A DNA stretch of 64,000 bases from Podarcis tiliguerta. Taxonomy: Eukaryota. How positions within the stretch are numbered: the first letter of the stretch is position 1; each line of letters starts with the position of its first letter. Below the pieces are notes generated by a model that ran no database searches, had not been told where the DNA came from, and saw only the letters and a program-made list of their open reading frames with translations. The stretch lies in assembly GCA_965153285.1 (NCBI GenBank), contig OZ229111.1, one strand, 5' to 3'. Shown piece by piece: positions 52,074 to 64,000 of the stretch. A program made the position numbers and the translations under genes.

Positions 52074-52303
52074 GGGTTACATACGCTTCAGGTTACAGGT
52101 GCTTTAGGTTACAGACTCCGCTAACCCAGAAATAGTACCTGGGGTTAAGAACTTTGCTTCAGGATGAGAACAGAAATTGTGCTCCGGCGGCATGGCAGCA
52201 GTGGGAGGCCCCATTAGGTAAAATGGTGCTTCAGGTTAAGAACAGTTTCAAGTTAAGAATGGACCTCCGGAATGAATTAAGTACTTAACCCGAGGTACCA
52301 CTG
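52074..52303. mobile_element. Tc1/mariner-type MITE, copy 2, orientation A, left TIR truncated
   Basis: Same internal sequence as copy 1. Right TIR gaggtaccactg followed by TA. Confidence 0.88.
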
Positions 52304-55300
52304 TATAGATAGGGTTGTGCTAAAAAAAAAAAGTTTTTTTAAAAAAACAAGGCAAAAAAATACCAAGTAATGGGAAGAATTGTCATCTTTATCATAGCCA
52401 TATTTCAGAGATACCTATTAGTGCAGAATTCATCTGCGGAAGACCACGACATTCTTACTTTATTTATGTAATTGTTTATGCCCTAATAATCCATTTTACG
52501 TATCATTAAATGACATAATGGATTCAAATAACTGTGAGTAAATATGGAAATTCTAAATTTCTAGACATTATACTCTTTATGCAAATGGTAGCTTGCAGTA
52601 AGTTTCTGATTTATTTTTTTAAAAGGAGGCTTTTAATTATGGAAGAACTAAGCATTTTATTTCTTGTTTGCTTTGCAAGCATTTCTCTTTTGAGAGGAAG
52701 TTGCGGGTGCTTCAGAAGAGAAAAAATAGTTTGGATGTGGAAAAATAAAGGTCAAAAGGTTCAACAGAGGCTATTTGTGTTGCCCCAACAGTTGAAGGAG
52801 ATGAGAAGTGCAGATACTAAATTTCTGCTGGGGCAAAGAAGTCATGTGATGCCTCATATCATTTCCCAGTTATGTTTAGAAGGGGGAAAAACCCCAACCT
52901 CACTCTGACCAGTATTTTAGCCATGTAGAAAGCCCAGGCACTCTCCAGCTGATACTTGGTTGTTATCAAATGCTCCACTACTATGTTCTTCAACAAAAGA
53001 ATGACATTAATGGGGGGGGGGAAGGTCTGTGTTGGAAGAGTGCATCATTATAATTTCCCCACATTGTGCCAAAGGCCTGAGATGATCATGATAAAAGTTC
53101 TGTTCCATGTAATCAAATTGTACTTTGTTTAAAAGTGTGTAATCCTCTTCACTTTTGGTGCTAGTTAAGGCACATTACGTGTACAACATAAGGCCTTTCT
53201 TCTCTAACCTTGGTGATGGAGGACATATGTTGTAACCTGATCCTTTGGTAAAAAGATGCCTTTGTGTGTATGTGTGGTTTGTTTTTAAAGATGCTCTGTG
53301 GATTGATCAATCTTGGAAATTATATGCAAAATACCCACAACTAAAACTGCAGTCAAACAGCATCCTTTTAAAATAAATCACATTCAGTTACAGAAAGGTT
53401 TCTGAAAGAACTTCCAAATGAGTTTTCAGAAATATTATTGACATTTCAAGTTAGGTTCTCTGAATTGACTGGACCCTCCAAAAATTAACATGCTGATGCA
53501 ACCCTAGAAAATGGGAGATTCTCTTTTTTCTGAACAACAAACAGTCTGAATATTTTCAATACCTCAGCTCATTTGTACAAAATTGCACATCTAATGGAAA
53601 AGAACATGAGGAAACCATGCAGTATCGTTAAACAGAGTTTAGCATCTTATTTATTTGCTCATAACTGGACTTGACGCCTCTTTAATCGCACCAATTCCTA
53701 CTTCTTATAAACAAAAACACTGCCCTGAAAGTATGGAAGGGAAATGTGAAATATCTGAAGTGAATCATGGGGGTTTCGATTCTTCCAACATCAGAAGGGG
53801 TGAAACTTGATTGCTTCACACTCGATTGCTTGAGTTCCTCTCAATCTGACACTCATGCAAGCTTATCAATGACTTGCGTTTCTCCTTTGCAAATATAAGA
53901 AGGGGAATAGAGGGGGTCAAGTGGGGACCACCAAACACTGCCTGGTTCATTACATGAAGCTGACTGTCCATGATATGCTACCTGGTTACTGTGGACTTCC
54001 AGGCATCCACAGAAGAATCACTCACTCACTTTGCCTTGTACAAATATATGAACATAGAAAGCTCCCTCATACAATATTGTCTATGCTGACTGGCAGAGAC
54101 ACTCCAGATTTTCAGATGGGGGCATTCCCAGCCCTGCCCTTTTTCATGTAAAGCAGGTGGTCTACCATGAAGCTATGAGCCTTCTCTCCCTACCCTCCAA
54201 GATGTGTTTCAAAATGCCTGACTGCCACTACTTGGTCTGAGATGCTGAAACCAGACTATAATTCCATGACAGCTTTGCACCAGAACTGAAGCAGGTGTTT
54301 TATTCCCTTGGTTGTTCTCAGTCTGCCAACCACTGTTTCCATACAGAGACCAGGTCACACGACTTGGAGATGCCACATAGGTACTTTGAAAAGTGCCACC
54401 GAGAGCTGGAAGACAATGAAGTGACAACTTCTCCCTCGTGTTTCTCATTTAGCCTCTTTGCTGACACTCACCCTTCTGTTTGCTACAGCAGGTAGAGAAG
54501 GGAGGAGGATAGAGGGAGGCGCACGGCAGGGAAAATTGCGTATCTCTGCCCCTACTTCAGACCATTAAATGGAACCTGTAGGCTGAAGCACTTCTGGGTT
54601 GTGGTGGATTAACACAGTTGTTTGGCCACTTTGCCATGCGACCAAGCTTAACCCACATTCCTCTGAAACCACCCTGCAACCAGTTTCCGTGTTCATAAGA
54701 AATGGACTTCAGAAAAGTGGATTGACTCATGATTTGGATATATCTTGGACCATTTTAGAATCTCAATTCTACAGCTATGAATCTGAGCACCGATGTAGAC
54801 CAATAAAGGTCAGGGTTGTGAAAGCTGTGGTCCTCCAGAAGCTGTTTGGCTCCAATGCCTATTAGTGCCATCCAGCTGGGTCAAAGATTAGGGATGATGG
54901 GGAACTGCAGTACAGCAATATCCAGAGGGTTGGCAGTTCCCCATCCTTGATATAGGTTAATTAAAAACAGGGGGAAATAGGTTAGATAAAAATAAGAGGG
55001 AAATTGCTATCTATGCAGCATTCATAAACACCAGTTTTAAATATTCCACTGACAAATTGCAATGATATCACAATGCAACCACACTCCTATTTCTTAACTT
55101 CACAAGTTAAATGAAGAATTTCATTTTGAATTTGCACATCTGAACTTGGGGAGATCATGGTTTCCACACACTTTCATCATTTCAGCTGCAAGCCTTTCTA
55201 CAAAGCTCATGACTGATTATGCCTAACCTAAAAAAGTTTTTATTAATTATGTAAAAATCCCCCGAAACCATGAGAATCTCTTTTTTTCAAGGTCTCATTC

Positions 55301-56488
55301 TTGCACTGGCTGATTATTTTTTCAGTTGTTGTCACTGTAAGTTCCTTTGTACTTGTTTTGTTTCCAACAGATTAATCAGAGATGACAATGAGCAAACATA
55401 GGAAGCATTAATAAAATATGAATCATGCCATTTCTTTCAAATCAGGTACGGACTTCTATCTATGCAGAACACAGTTTTGATGCGTGTGACAGCTTTTACA
55501 CGGCAGGCAATGCACAGATGAAAAATAATTCACTGACCTTGTGCTTGATAAGAAACACTTTTTCAATGGTCACATTGCTGTGGCAGATTTCTCTGCCCCT
55601 TTACAACTTCTGCTGAATGAATTAAGGACCAACTCAATGCAAACTTAGGTTAATTAAAGTCCTTAAAAGGCATCACTGGTGAGCAAGACAGACATGTCTC
55701 ATTCTCCAGTGTTAACTATGTAACATACCGGCTGGATTAATTGCTGAGCATATCTTTTGATGACTATTTACATCTGCTTACATAAGATGTGAACTGAGCC
55801 CTTCTATTCCTATTCATGCCAGGGTCTTATTCTTCCATTACTTTCATATTTTGATGTGGTAGCATGCTCCAAGATTTCCGCTTGAAGTATATAGAAGCCA
55901 ATTAACAAAACTGGGTCAATTGGTGATCATCTGATTCATGGGGTGAGCACAACAACTTACTTGCACAAGCCCCATTAAAAACAAACAACCCCCAACTGAA
56001 ATGAGTGGCCAAAGAGCACGGCCATTCAACTCAATGACCTTCAAAGGTCTGCTTCAGACTATGCCATAGCCCTTAAGCTACACACTTTGGAATAACCTCA
56101 TTGACAACCTAGTATTACCTATGATAAAAGTAGAGCAGTGGAACATTTTTTCTCTTCAAAGCTTGGGTGTGTACGATTTCCAGTGGACAACGTTAAGGGC
56201 AGCTCAGCTTCCCAAGATGCATAACGCTAAGAGACTACTAGACACAGCCCCTTACATAAGCTAACATCAGAGGGGCTGAATACACAGCTGGATACTGGTT
56301 GAGCATACTGTACGCATATGTGACATGCAGGATCTGTAACAAAATATTTGCACTGTGTACATGTTCCATCCCACCACCGATAGTATACGTGTGTCTCTTC
56401 TGCCTCCCATCTCTCTCAGGCTGAATCTACACAGATATAAAAAACGCTGTGGAAAATGCTTTTTTTAAAAAAAATGTTGTAAAGTATA

Positions 56489-56714
56489 CAGTGGTACCTC
56501 GGGTTAAGAACTTAATTCGTTCTGCAGGTCCGTTCTTAACCTGAAACTGTTCTTAACCCAAGGTACCACTTTAGCTAATGGGGCTTCCCGCTGCCACCAC
56601 ACTGCCGCGGTGTGATTTCTGTTCTCATTCTGAAGCAAAGTTCTTAACCTGAGGTACTATTTCTTGGTTAGTGGAGTCTGTAACCTGAAGCGTCTGTAAC
56701 CCGAGGTACCACTG
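56489..56714. mobile_element. Tc1/mariner-type MITE, copy 3, orientation B
   Basis: TIR cagtggtacctcgggtta, TA flanks, 226 bp. Confidence 0.9.
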
Positions 56715-58455
56715 TATATGGAATTGGTCATTAGCTCATCAGCACCATCTAGTGTCACGTTTGTATAATGCACTTAAAACACACTTAAAATGTTACATTT
56801 GCAGCTGTATAGCTGAGTCCTTAGTGCCTTATCCAAGTATATTCCAACTTCCCTCTCTTTTGTTTTGAAGACAATCAGCAACAAAACACAGTATGTGTGT
56901 GTGTGTGTGTTTCTGCCTTCTGGAACCACCCCCTTACTGTCCCCAGCGAGGCAGGTGGAGTTTAGGGGTGCTAAGTGGAGTGGGAGGGACTGCAGTCATG
57001 TCCTGAGCTCTGGCTGGGCCTCAGGTTGCTTCAAACTTAAAGATTTTCTCAGTTTTGCTACATTCCAGTTTGTAGTTCAGGCATGATGAAGAATCAGAGT
57101 GTCCTTGGCCACAGAATCCAGAGTCACATCAACCACTATTTTCATGTGACGTCCTGCATTCTGATGATACAGCTAGGAGGACAGAGTGATGAGGACTCTG
57201 TCAGAAATAAGAAGGGGAGGGGTAGAGACATCTTGCAATTTTTTTGTATGTAACATACATCATTGCCCTGCCAATAATATAATACTAATCTGTGCTAACC
57301 CCCTTTTCCTCAGCTTCTGTAATAAACTCTCTTGTCTCTCCAGGGGACAGAAGAAGGGATAATCCCCTTTAGAGTCAAATGAATCTTTTGCTGACACCCT
57401 GCAGCAGGGAAAATGATAGCCGCTCCCCTTGTTCCTCACTTTCAAGGATGACATGTTGACAAAGAATGCCACCAATACTAATCCCAGATGATACTATAGG
57501 TCTGCCTGGAAGAAATTGTCATTTTCCTGAGATGCAGAATTAGTTCCTTTCACTATCTAATACCCTTCCCCCTCTTTCCTGTTGAAAGTAAGGTTTATTG
57601 TGTGGAGAAAAATAAACACTTTCAATTAAAATGTAAAATTTCTCCTGCTGCTGAATTCTTTTTAAAACCCCCCTCCCCCAAATGGTAAATCCTATCCCCA
57701 CCCCAACCCCTATTCTGTGTCTGTCTCTGGTCTCTTGATGAGAGTGGCTGAATTAAAACCTGTGCTCTGTGGATTTACATAAAATTAGACAACCAAGGAA
57801 ATTAACAGGAAATTGAATGAATTCTGCCTCTCTTGTATGCAATGCTTTTTCAGATTAGGGGGAAAAAGAGATTTGAATTCTTCTTCTTTCTAAAGTGTAT
57901 TCAGCATCATTTAACCTAACTGTCAAGACAGCAGCAGGATAGAGTAAAACATAAACTTATGCATATGTTAATAAAGAATTCCTGCAGCGAAAAGCAAGTG
58001 CCAATATTATATGGATTAGACAAGGTTCCTAATTAATCCAGTCTCACTACTTGACTTTTTGAATTTTCTTACATATTACCTTATTTTGGAGGCTCACATG
58101 TTAATCTCATGGGATACGATGCCCTGGCTCTACTGTAGATGCCTCGTAGCAATAAGAGATGCAAAGAGCTGTCTTGTTCTTGCATGCTTTCACTTCTAGT
58201 AAGGAAGTTGGATTACACAAAGGTAGTGAAGAAATTGTCAGGAGTCTGGCTAACAAGCATTGCAGGGGGTTTAGATTAGATCCTTCCAACTCTACAGTTC
58301 TATGATTCAATCTATGATCTATGTATTGACTGAAAGATAGGGTCTAAGCCTGACCTCAGACATCTGGTGCCCTCCAATTTTTTTTGACTATAACTCCCAT
58401 CAGCCCCAGCTAAGCACAGCCACTGGATTCCAGGTTGACAAATGTTGGCCTAAGC

Positions 58456-58591
58456 CAGTGATGGCCAAACTTTGCCCTGCAGCTGTTTTGGGACTACAAT
58501 TCCCATCATCCCTGACCACTGGTCCTGTTAGCTAGGGATGATGGGAGTTGTAGTCCCAAAACAGCAGGAGGGCCAAGTTTGGCCATTACTG
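58456..58591. mobile_element. Palindromic hAT MITE (inverted relative to 50590-50727)
   Basis: TIR cagtgatggccaaactt, TSD gcctaagc/gcctaaac, same internal loop as the 50590 copy. Confidence 0.85.
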
Positions 58592-59906
58592 GCCTAAACA
58601 AAGGCTGGCATTTATTCAAAGCAGGGATGCCTTTGTATTATGTTTCAGACTGCATTCTATTTTGCAGGAGCACCTCCACGCCCAGTGAACTCATTGGTTC
58701 AAGCTCAACAGTCCAGCTCAGCAAAACACACCATAGTTTATCTATCTGTGACTGAACCTCAGGCTGCTTCCTCCCTTTGGACACTCCAATTTCACCCCTC
58801 AATTACTTGTTTGCACAAGCTATAATTTGTCATTACATGTGGCTCCTGCTCAAGGATTAAGTGTTGAATCGAACTATAGAATTCAAGCAGCAGGAATCAT
58901 GCTTTCAATATCACAGGGAAGTAAATACTGTAGTAAACAAGCTATCTGAGTTCTGAAAACCATAACCAATATCTGTATGCCATCTTTGGCAAGACAAATT
59001 CCCTCTCATGCACAGTGGCTCTTGCTACTACTCTTGGCAGATACTATTGTGCTTATTTATGTAGTCACACGCTAGGGGGGTTAATAACATTAGTAGTATT
59101 TGTAAGGCAACTTTAGTAAACTGTTTCAATTCCCATTTTAAAAGGAAGTGGTACCTGCAGGGAAATAAAAGTATGTCTTCTGTGTACAGCAAGGAAACAG
59201 ATTTTAAAATTAGATTAGTGAAGAAACAGATTTTAAAATTAGTGAAAAAACACAAAACAAAACCCTAACAACCCTCACAAGAACTGATTTTAGGACTGTA
59301 GGCGTTCAGTTCCTATGGCTGGGGCTGTGATCAACTACAAACTTGACTTTAGAAGCTGTGTTTATCGGAAAAGTAGACAGATTTTTCGCATTCTAAAGAT
59401 AGAATCTGGATTACCAAATAACACACATCAGCATAGCGGACTCAGGTTTTCTCATATGATGAGATGCAGGATTTAAATGCAAATGCATATTATTTTTCTT
59501 GGTTTGCAGGCTAAACACATTTCTGTCAAGACAGCTCTAAATACACACATTTTATAGCATAGGAAGATGCCTGCCTGCTATATAATAGGCACAGGATAAT
59601 GGTATTGAAGTACTGGGGTAGCTATATAGGAGCTGGTACAGTGCAAAAGGGCTTAAGATTGTGAGCAAAGAAGTCCTCTGTTCAAATTGTATTTCAGTGA
59701 ATATGCCCACTAAGGCCACCACTTAGCCTTAGACAAGCCACTAGGCTCTGTCCTTCTAATCTACAATATGGGAGTAGCAAAATTGTTCTATTCTACATGG
59801 ATGTTGAAAGAAAGGCTGAGACGAATGCTATATGAACGATGCTAAGCTGTTTTTTTAATTTATCCATTTATTTGGAATATATACAGCCGAACATTCCAAG
59901 ATGTCA

Positions 59907-60146
59907 CAGTGGTAACCTCGGGTTTCATACGCTTCAGGTTACATACACTTCAGGTTACAGACTCCACTAACCCAGAAATAGTACCTCGGGTTAACTTTGC
60001 TTCAGGATGAGAACAGAAATCGTGCTCCGGCGGCACGGCAGCAGTGGGAGGCCCCATTAGCTAAAGTGGTGCTTCAGGTTAAGAACAGTTTCAAGTTAAG
60101 AACGGACCTCTGGAACGAATTAAGTACTTAACCCGAGGTACCACTG
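59907..60146. mobile_element. Tc1/mariner-type MITE, copy 4, orientation A
   Basis: Both TIRs present (left has a 1-nt insertion). Carries an extra 17-bp subterminal unit. Confidence 0.9.
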
Positions 60147-61239
60147 TACAACAATAAAAAATGAAACATGGATGAAACTGTTCTCAAAAAAGAAATTATA
60201 TACTGCACGTGGACAAAATCCATTTTATCCCAGTTCGTGAAGGAAAACAAAAAAATAATGACAAGGCTGTGCAATAGAGAAGCTTGCCTGGGAACCTCCA
60301 TTGTACTGTGTCAGCATCCTGGTGCAAGGATCCATGGTGGATGGAGCAAAGTTGTCAGGATCCATGAGAGTTTAATTTACTGTGGACCCTTGTGTCTGGA
60401 ATGCTGCCACAGCAGCACCTAAAGGTTGTATGGAGGTTCCCCATTCCCCAGCTCCCTTTTTTCTTCCCAAGGAAATGCCTTGAAGAAGGGCCATTAAAAA
60501 GGAAACAGGCTTGATTCTTGCACAGATTAAAAACAAAACATTGTATTTACTGAGTTTTGTTAAACACTTTTTTCTCAAGTAGTGCAGTTAATGCAAGGGG
60601 GGAAATGGGCTACTAAAAGGCACCCAAAACAAAACAAAAACAACTCAAGGGGATAACTACACATGTAAGCAGGTAGCAAGACACAAGATATAGCAGTTCA
60701 ATAAAATATGAATCTCTCTTCATTGGAAACCACTGTCCCCTGCCTCCTCTGTTTATGAACTTGGCAATCAACAAGACAAACAGGTCAATCTTATACACGT
60801 CTACTGAGACGTATTCCCTATTGAGTTCAATGGGGCTTACCACAGGGTGAGTATAGAACTGAAGCATTGTGCATTTATATTGGCCTAGTTCAGATGACAT
60901 GCTAAGCCAAATCTTGGCCTAGGGAGACCATGTAAAGCTGCAGGGCAGACTCCTGGAGAGGAGCTTATGCTAAGCTAAGGTGCGGCTTAGGGTGTGCGGT
61001 GCAAATAAACTTCTTGACTTCGTGTATTTGCTCTTTACACCCCCCCAAACATGCCATGTGGGCGAAAATGAGGACCATGTATCATAAAAGGTTTAAAAAC
61101 TATGAGTTCTGGTCTTCCTATCCTAACATACCCTGATAATATTAGCTCTCCGCACTTTTGCCATCAACTCATTTTGTTTGAGAGAAGATGGAAGCCTCTA
61201 CTCACTTGCCCAGGCTATTTTAGCTGTCGGGAACAAGTA

Positions 61240-61465
61240 CAGTGGTACCTCGGGTTAAGTACTTAATTCGTTCCGGAGGTCCGTTCTTAACCTGAAACTG
61301 TTCTTAATCTGAAGCACCACTTTAGCTAACGGGGCCTCCTGCTGCTGCTGCGCCGCCGGAGCACGATTCCTGTTCTTATCCTGAAGCAAAGTTCTTAGCC
61401 CGAGGTACTATTTCTGGGTTAGCGGAGTCTGTAACCTGAAGTGTATGTAATCTGAGGTACCACTG
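61240..61465. mobile_element. Tc1/mariner-type MITE, copy 5, orientation B
   Basis: TIRs, TA flanks, 226 bp. Confidence 0.9.
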
Positions 61466-61544
61466 TATAGTAATTCTGCTAAAGCTAAGCAGGTACACAT
61501 GAGTTATGCACTCATTTACATGCTACTACTATTTTAACTCTGTA

Positions 61545-61761
61545 CAGTGGTACCTCGGGTTACATACGCTTCAGGTTACAGACTCTGCTAACCCAGAAAT
61601 AGTACCTAGGGTTAAGAACTTTGCTTCAGGATGAGAACAAAAATCACACGGCGGCGGCGCAGGAGGCCCCATTAGCTAAAGTGTTACCTCAGGTTAAGAA
61701 CAGTTTCAGGTTAAGAACGGACCTCCAGAACGAATTAAGTTCTTAACCCGAAGTACCACTG
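61545..61761. mobile_element. Tc1/mariner-type MITE, copy 6, orientation A
   Basis: TIRs, TA flanks, 217 bp. Confidence 0.9.
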
Positions 61762-62519
61762 TATTCTCAGTTTTTGAATACATGCACTTATTTTTGGTGG
61801 TTTGGTGCATAATAAGCCCACTCCACTGAAGATGTAGTTATGCATTACTCACTAGAAAATTAACTCATTTAAGCAAGCATGATAGTGATTAATGCTGACA
61901 ATGTCCCAGGCACTGTGGACCTTAAGTCTGAACCTGAATTTGGGACATGCTCATTTTATTAAAGTAATTGGCTGGAGAAATGCTGAACAATGAAACTGAG
62001 CTCACATAAAGCATCAATTATGCACAAGAAATGCACCTACTCCACCCATCTTCACTTCATTTCCAAAATCCCTTGTTTGAAAGCCTTGCCAACACGTACC
62101 TTTTAAAGTTCTGTGTATTTCATAGCAAGTCCCACAGGGAATTACCACTGCCATGTACCTCTCCATGCTGGAATCAAGGGCTAATATATAACTTCTGATA
62201 CCATACATATTCAAATGCAGCACTAGTTACTGAATAACTCATCAGTCATTTAGACAGCACTTTAAAATAAGCAAATACCTTTGCAATTTTTACTTTGCTG
62301 TCCCAACATTAACCCTGCGACTGATCACTATTACTGGGCAAACAAAACTAAGAGGACACTAGTTTTTATTAATACTACTACTACCAATGCTATTGTTAGT
62401 AATAAAATTATTTACAGCATGGCTGACGAGTGATCCATGAGATTTAGGCAAGAATGTAAGGAATGAGCTTTCTTTTGGAGAGAAAAAGAGCTGAAGATTT
62501 GAGGTGTCATTGTAGTAAT

Positions 62520-62866
62520 TAAGGATGGAAGAGAAATTTGGTCTGGTTTGCTTTTAACTCATACTCCTCAACACAGCCAAACACAGCTATCCATTTGAAC
62601 TCACACTTCTCTGAATTTTCTGATGCTGTTCTCCAACCAAATGAAGTATATGCAAATGTTTACATCAGTGTGCATAAAATGGGTACATTAATGAAAACAA
62701 CATATAAAAACACAAAAAATGCAATATATTGGGACAATTTGCTTGCAAAATTTGCATCTCAAGGAGAAATTAACAAAAAAATCCCACTCCCCGCACAAAC
62801 TGTTGTGAAAATTTGGTGAAAACCGAAAAAATGAGAAATGGAGAGCAATAGGTTCCTTTGTCCCCA
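62520..62866. mobile_element. Old non-autonomous DNA transposon (relative of 36193-36619)
   Basis: Starts taaggatgga, with inverted similarity to the 36.2-36.6 kb element. Confidence 0.55.
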
Positions 62867-64000
62867 ACTGCAAGCCGCTTATTTACAAATAAATGTACAG
62901 GCATGGAAGGGAAACAGGAACAAGAACTCGCAAGCAGGTGGTGTTAGATCTACAGCAATATCTGCCCCAAAGCAACAGTAGTACCCTAGAAAGCCAAAAG
63001 CTACTTCTTAACAGAAACATTTTTATAGGCTCTGCAACCTAGCTCTGAAACTAAAAGGAAGAGAAGAAAAAGAAATCTGTTACTTTCAGTTCCTTGTCTC
63101 CCACACCCCACTGAGGTCAGGTGATGGAATTCTTCCGTCACCTAGAATCCCACAGGAGTGTATGAGCTGACTGCCCAAATAGTCAAGGTGATCTGCTCCA
63201 CTGACTGCCCATTAATTAGTGGCCAAGCGATGACAAAACATATGGGACAGAGTAGTTGGACAGAATGGCTCGTAACAATCTAACTGGTTGTAATACTAAC
63301 TGGATGGTGGCATGGCAGAGAGCTGCATAAAGAGGCTTGGTGTTGCTCCTTCAAAAAGGTTTTAACTGCTATTTTTTAAAAAGCTTTTAACTGTAATACT
63401 GAATAATCCATATCTATGGAAAAATGCAAGGTCAATGCAGCACATTGCAGAAAAAGAAGAGACTTCCCTTCTCACATTACCACACGCTGGTTTATCATAA
63501 TAAACATACTCTTGCCTTCCCATTATTAGCTTGTTAACCGAGGTAATAATTAACTTATCTATAGCTTAGAGAGCTGACCGACACATTTGGAATAATCACA
63601 TGGTACGACATTATTGGGATGGTACTGTCAAACTGTTCTTAATAAAAACTAATATAATTTTGGTTATTAAGATGTTTGCCAACCTCAGAGATCTCTGTAA
63701 TTCTCTAAATGCCTAAAACTGCAGAGGCACTCTACTGGGTTTAGGATATGGGGGTCAGAGAAAAGCAAACTCTTCTGATCTCTGGGATGGATAGAAGGAG
63801 TTGGGTGCTGGGTTTAACCTCAAAAAGAATGGAAAGGAATCAACTGGAAAGCCCAGGGTGCATTGGTTCAGGATTCTGGGACCTAGTATTTACATGAACA
63901 TCCAGAGGTCTCTTCCTGCCTGGAGAGAGATGTAACTTCAGATGAAAGTGGTGGAGTTGACTGCCAGGCAAAAGACGCAACTGTCCTACTCTGCAAGGCA

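Noticed and set aside
59194-59243. Short direct duplication gaaacagattttaaaattag x2
   Set aside because: Ordinary slippage-type duplication with no further structure.
46134-61761. CRISPR-like or prokaryotic repeat system
   Set aside because: Repeats are dispersed TIR elements with TA flanks in a vertebrate intron; there is no repeat-spacer array or associated gene.
42123-64000. Further TCF7 5' exons (beta-catenin-binding domain)
   Set aside because: No matching peptide with splice sites seen; these exons probably lie beyond the window, though a small exon could have been missed by eye.

Overview
Eukaryotic (vertebrate) DNA, most likely a lacertid-type lizard, inferred from the repeat content (Sauria SINE, BovB, Squam3-like SINE). 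The window holds the last two coding exons and 3' UTR of SKP1 on + (193-831). It also holds the 3' two-thirds of TCF7 (TCF-1) on -, converging tail-to-tail as in the known SKP1-TCF7 synteny. I read eight internal TCF7 exons plus the terminal exon (42122 down to 8874), all with AG/GT boundaries and consistent phases. They cover the context-regulatory domain, an 87-nt cassette exon, the two HMG-box exons, the basic tail, the CRARF C-clamp exon, and a terminal exon with two acceptors that can give four C-termini. No 5' (beta-catenin-binding) exons were found, so they presumably lie beyond 64000. The rest is intron with SINEs, LINE fragments, hAT and Tc1/mariner-type MITEs, microsatellites and a 215-N gap. 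Almost all ORF-track entries are spurious. I found no new multi-gene system. The best leads are: a candidate unannotated in-frame 93-nt exon between the HMG box and basic tail; a G-T substitution in the near-invariant HMG box; a young hAT MITE whose target-site duplication is a TCF/LEF site and which carries telomere-like repeats; a 103-nt AG-exclusion zone before the C-clamp exon; and a near-perfect inverted MITE pair.
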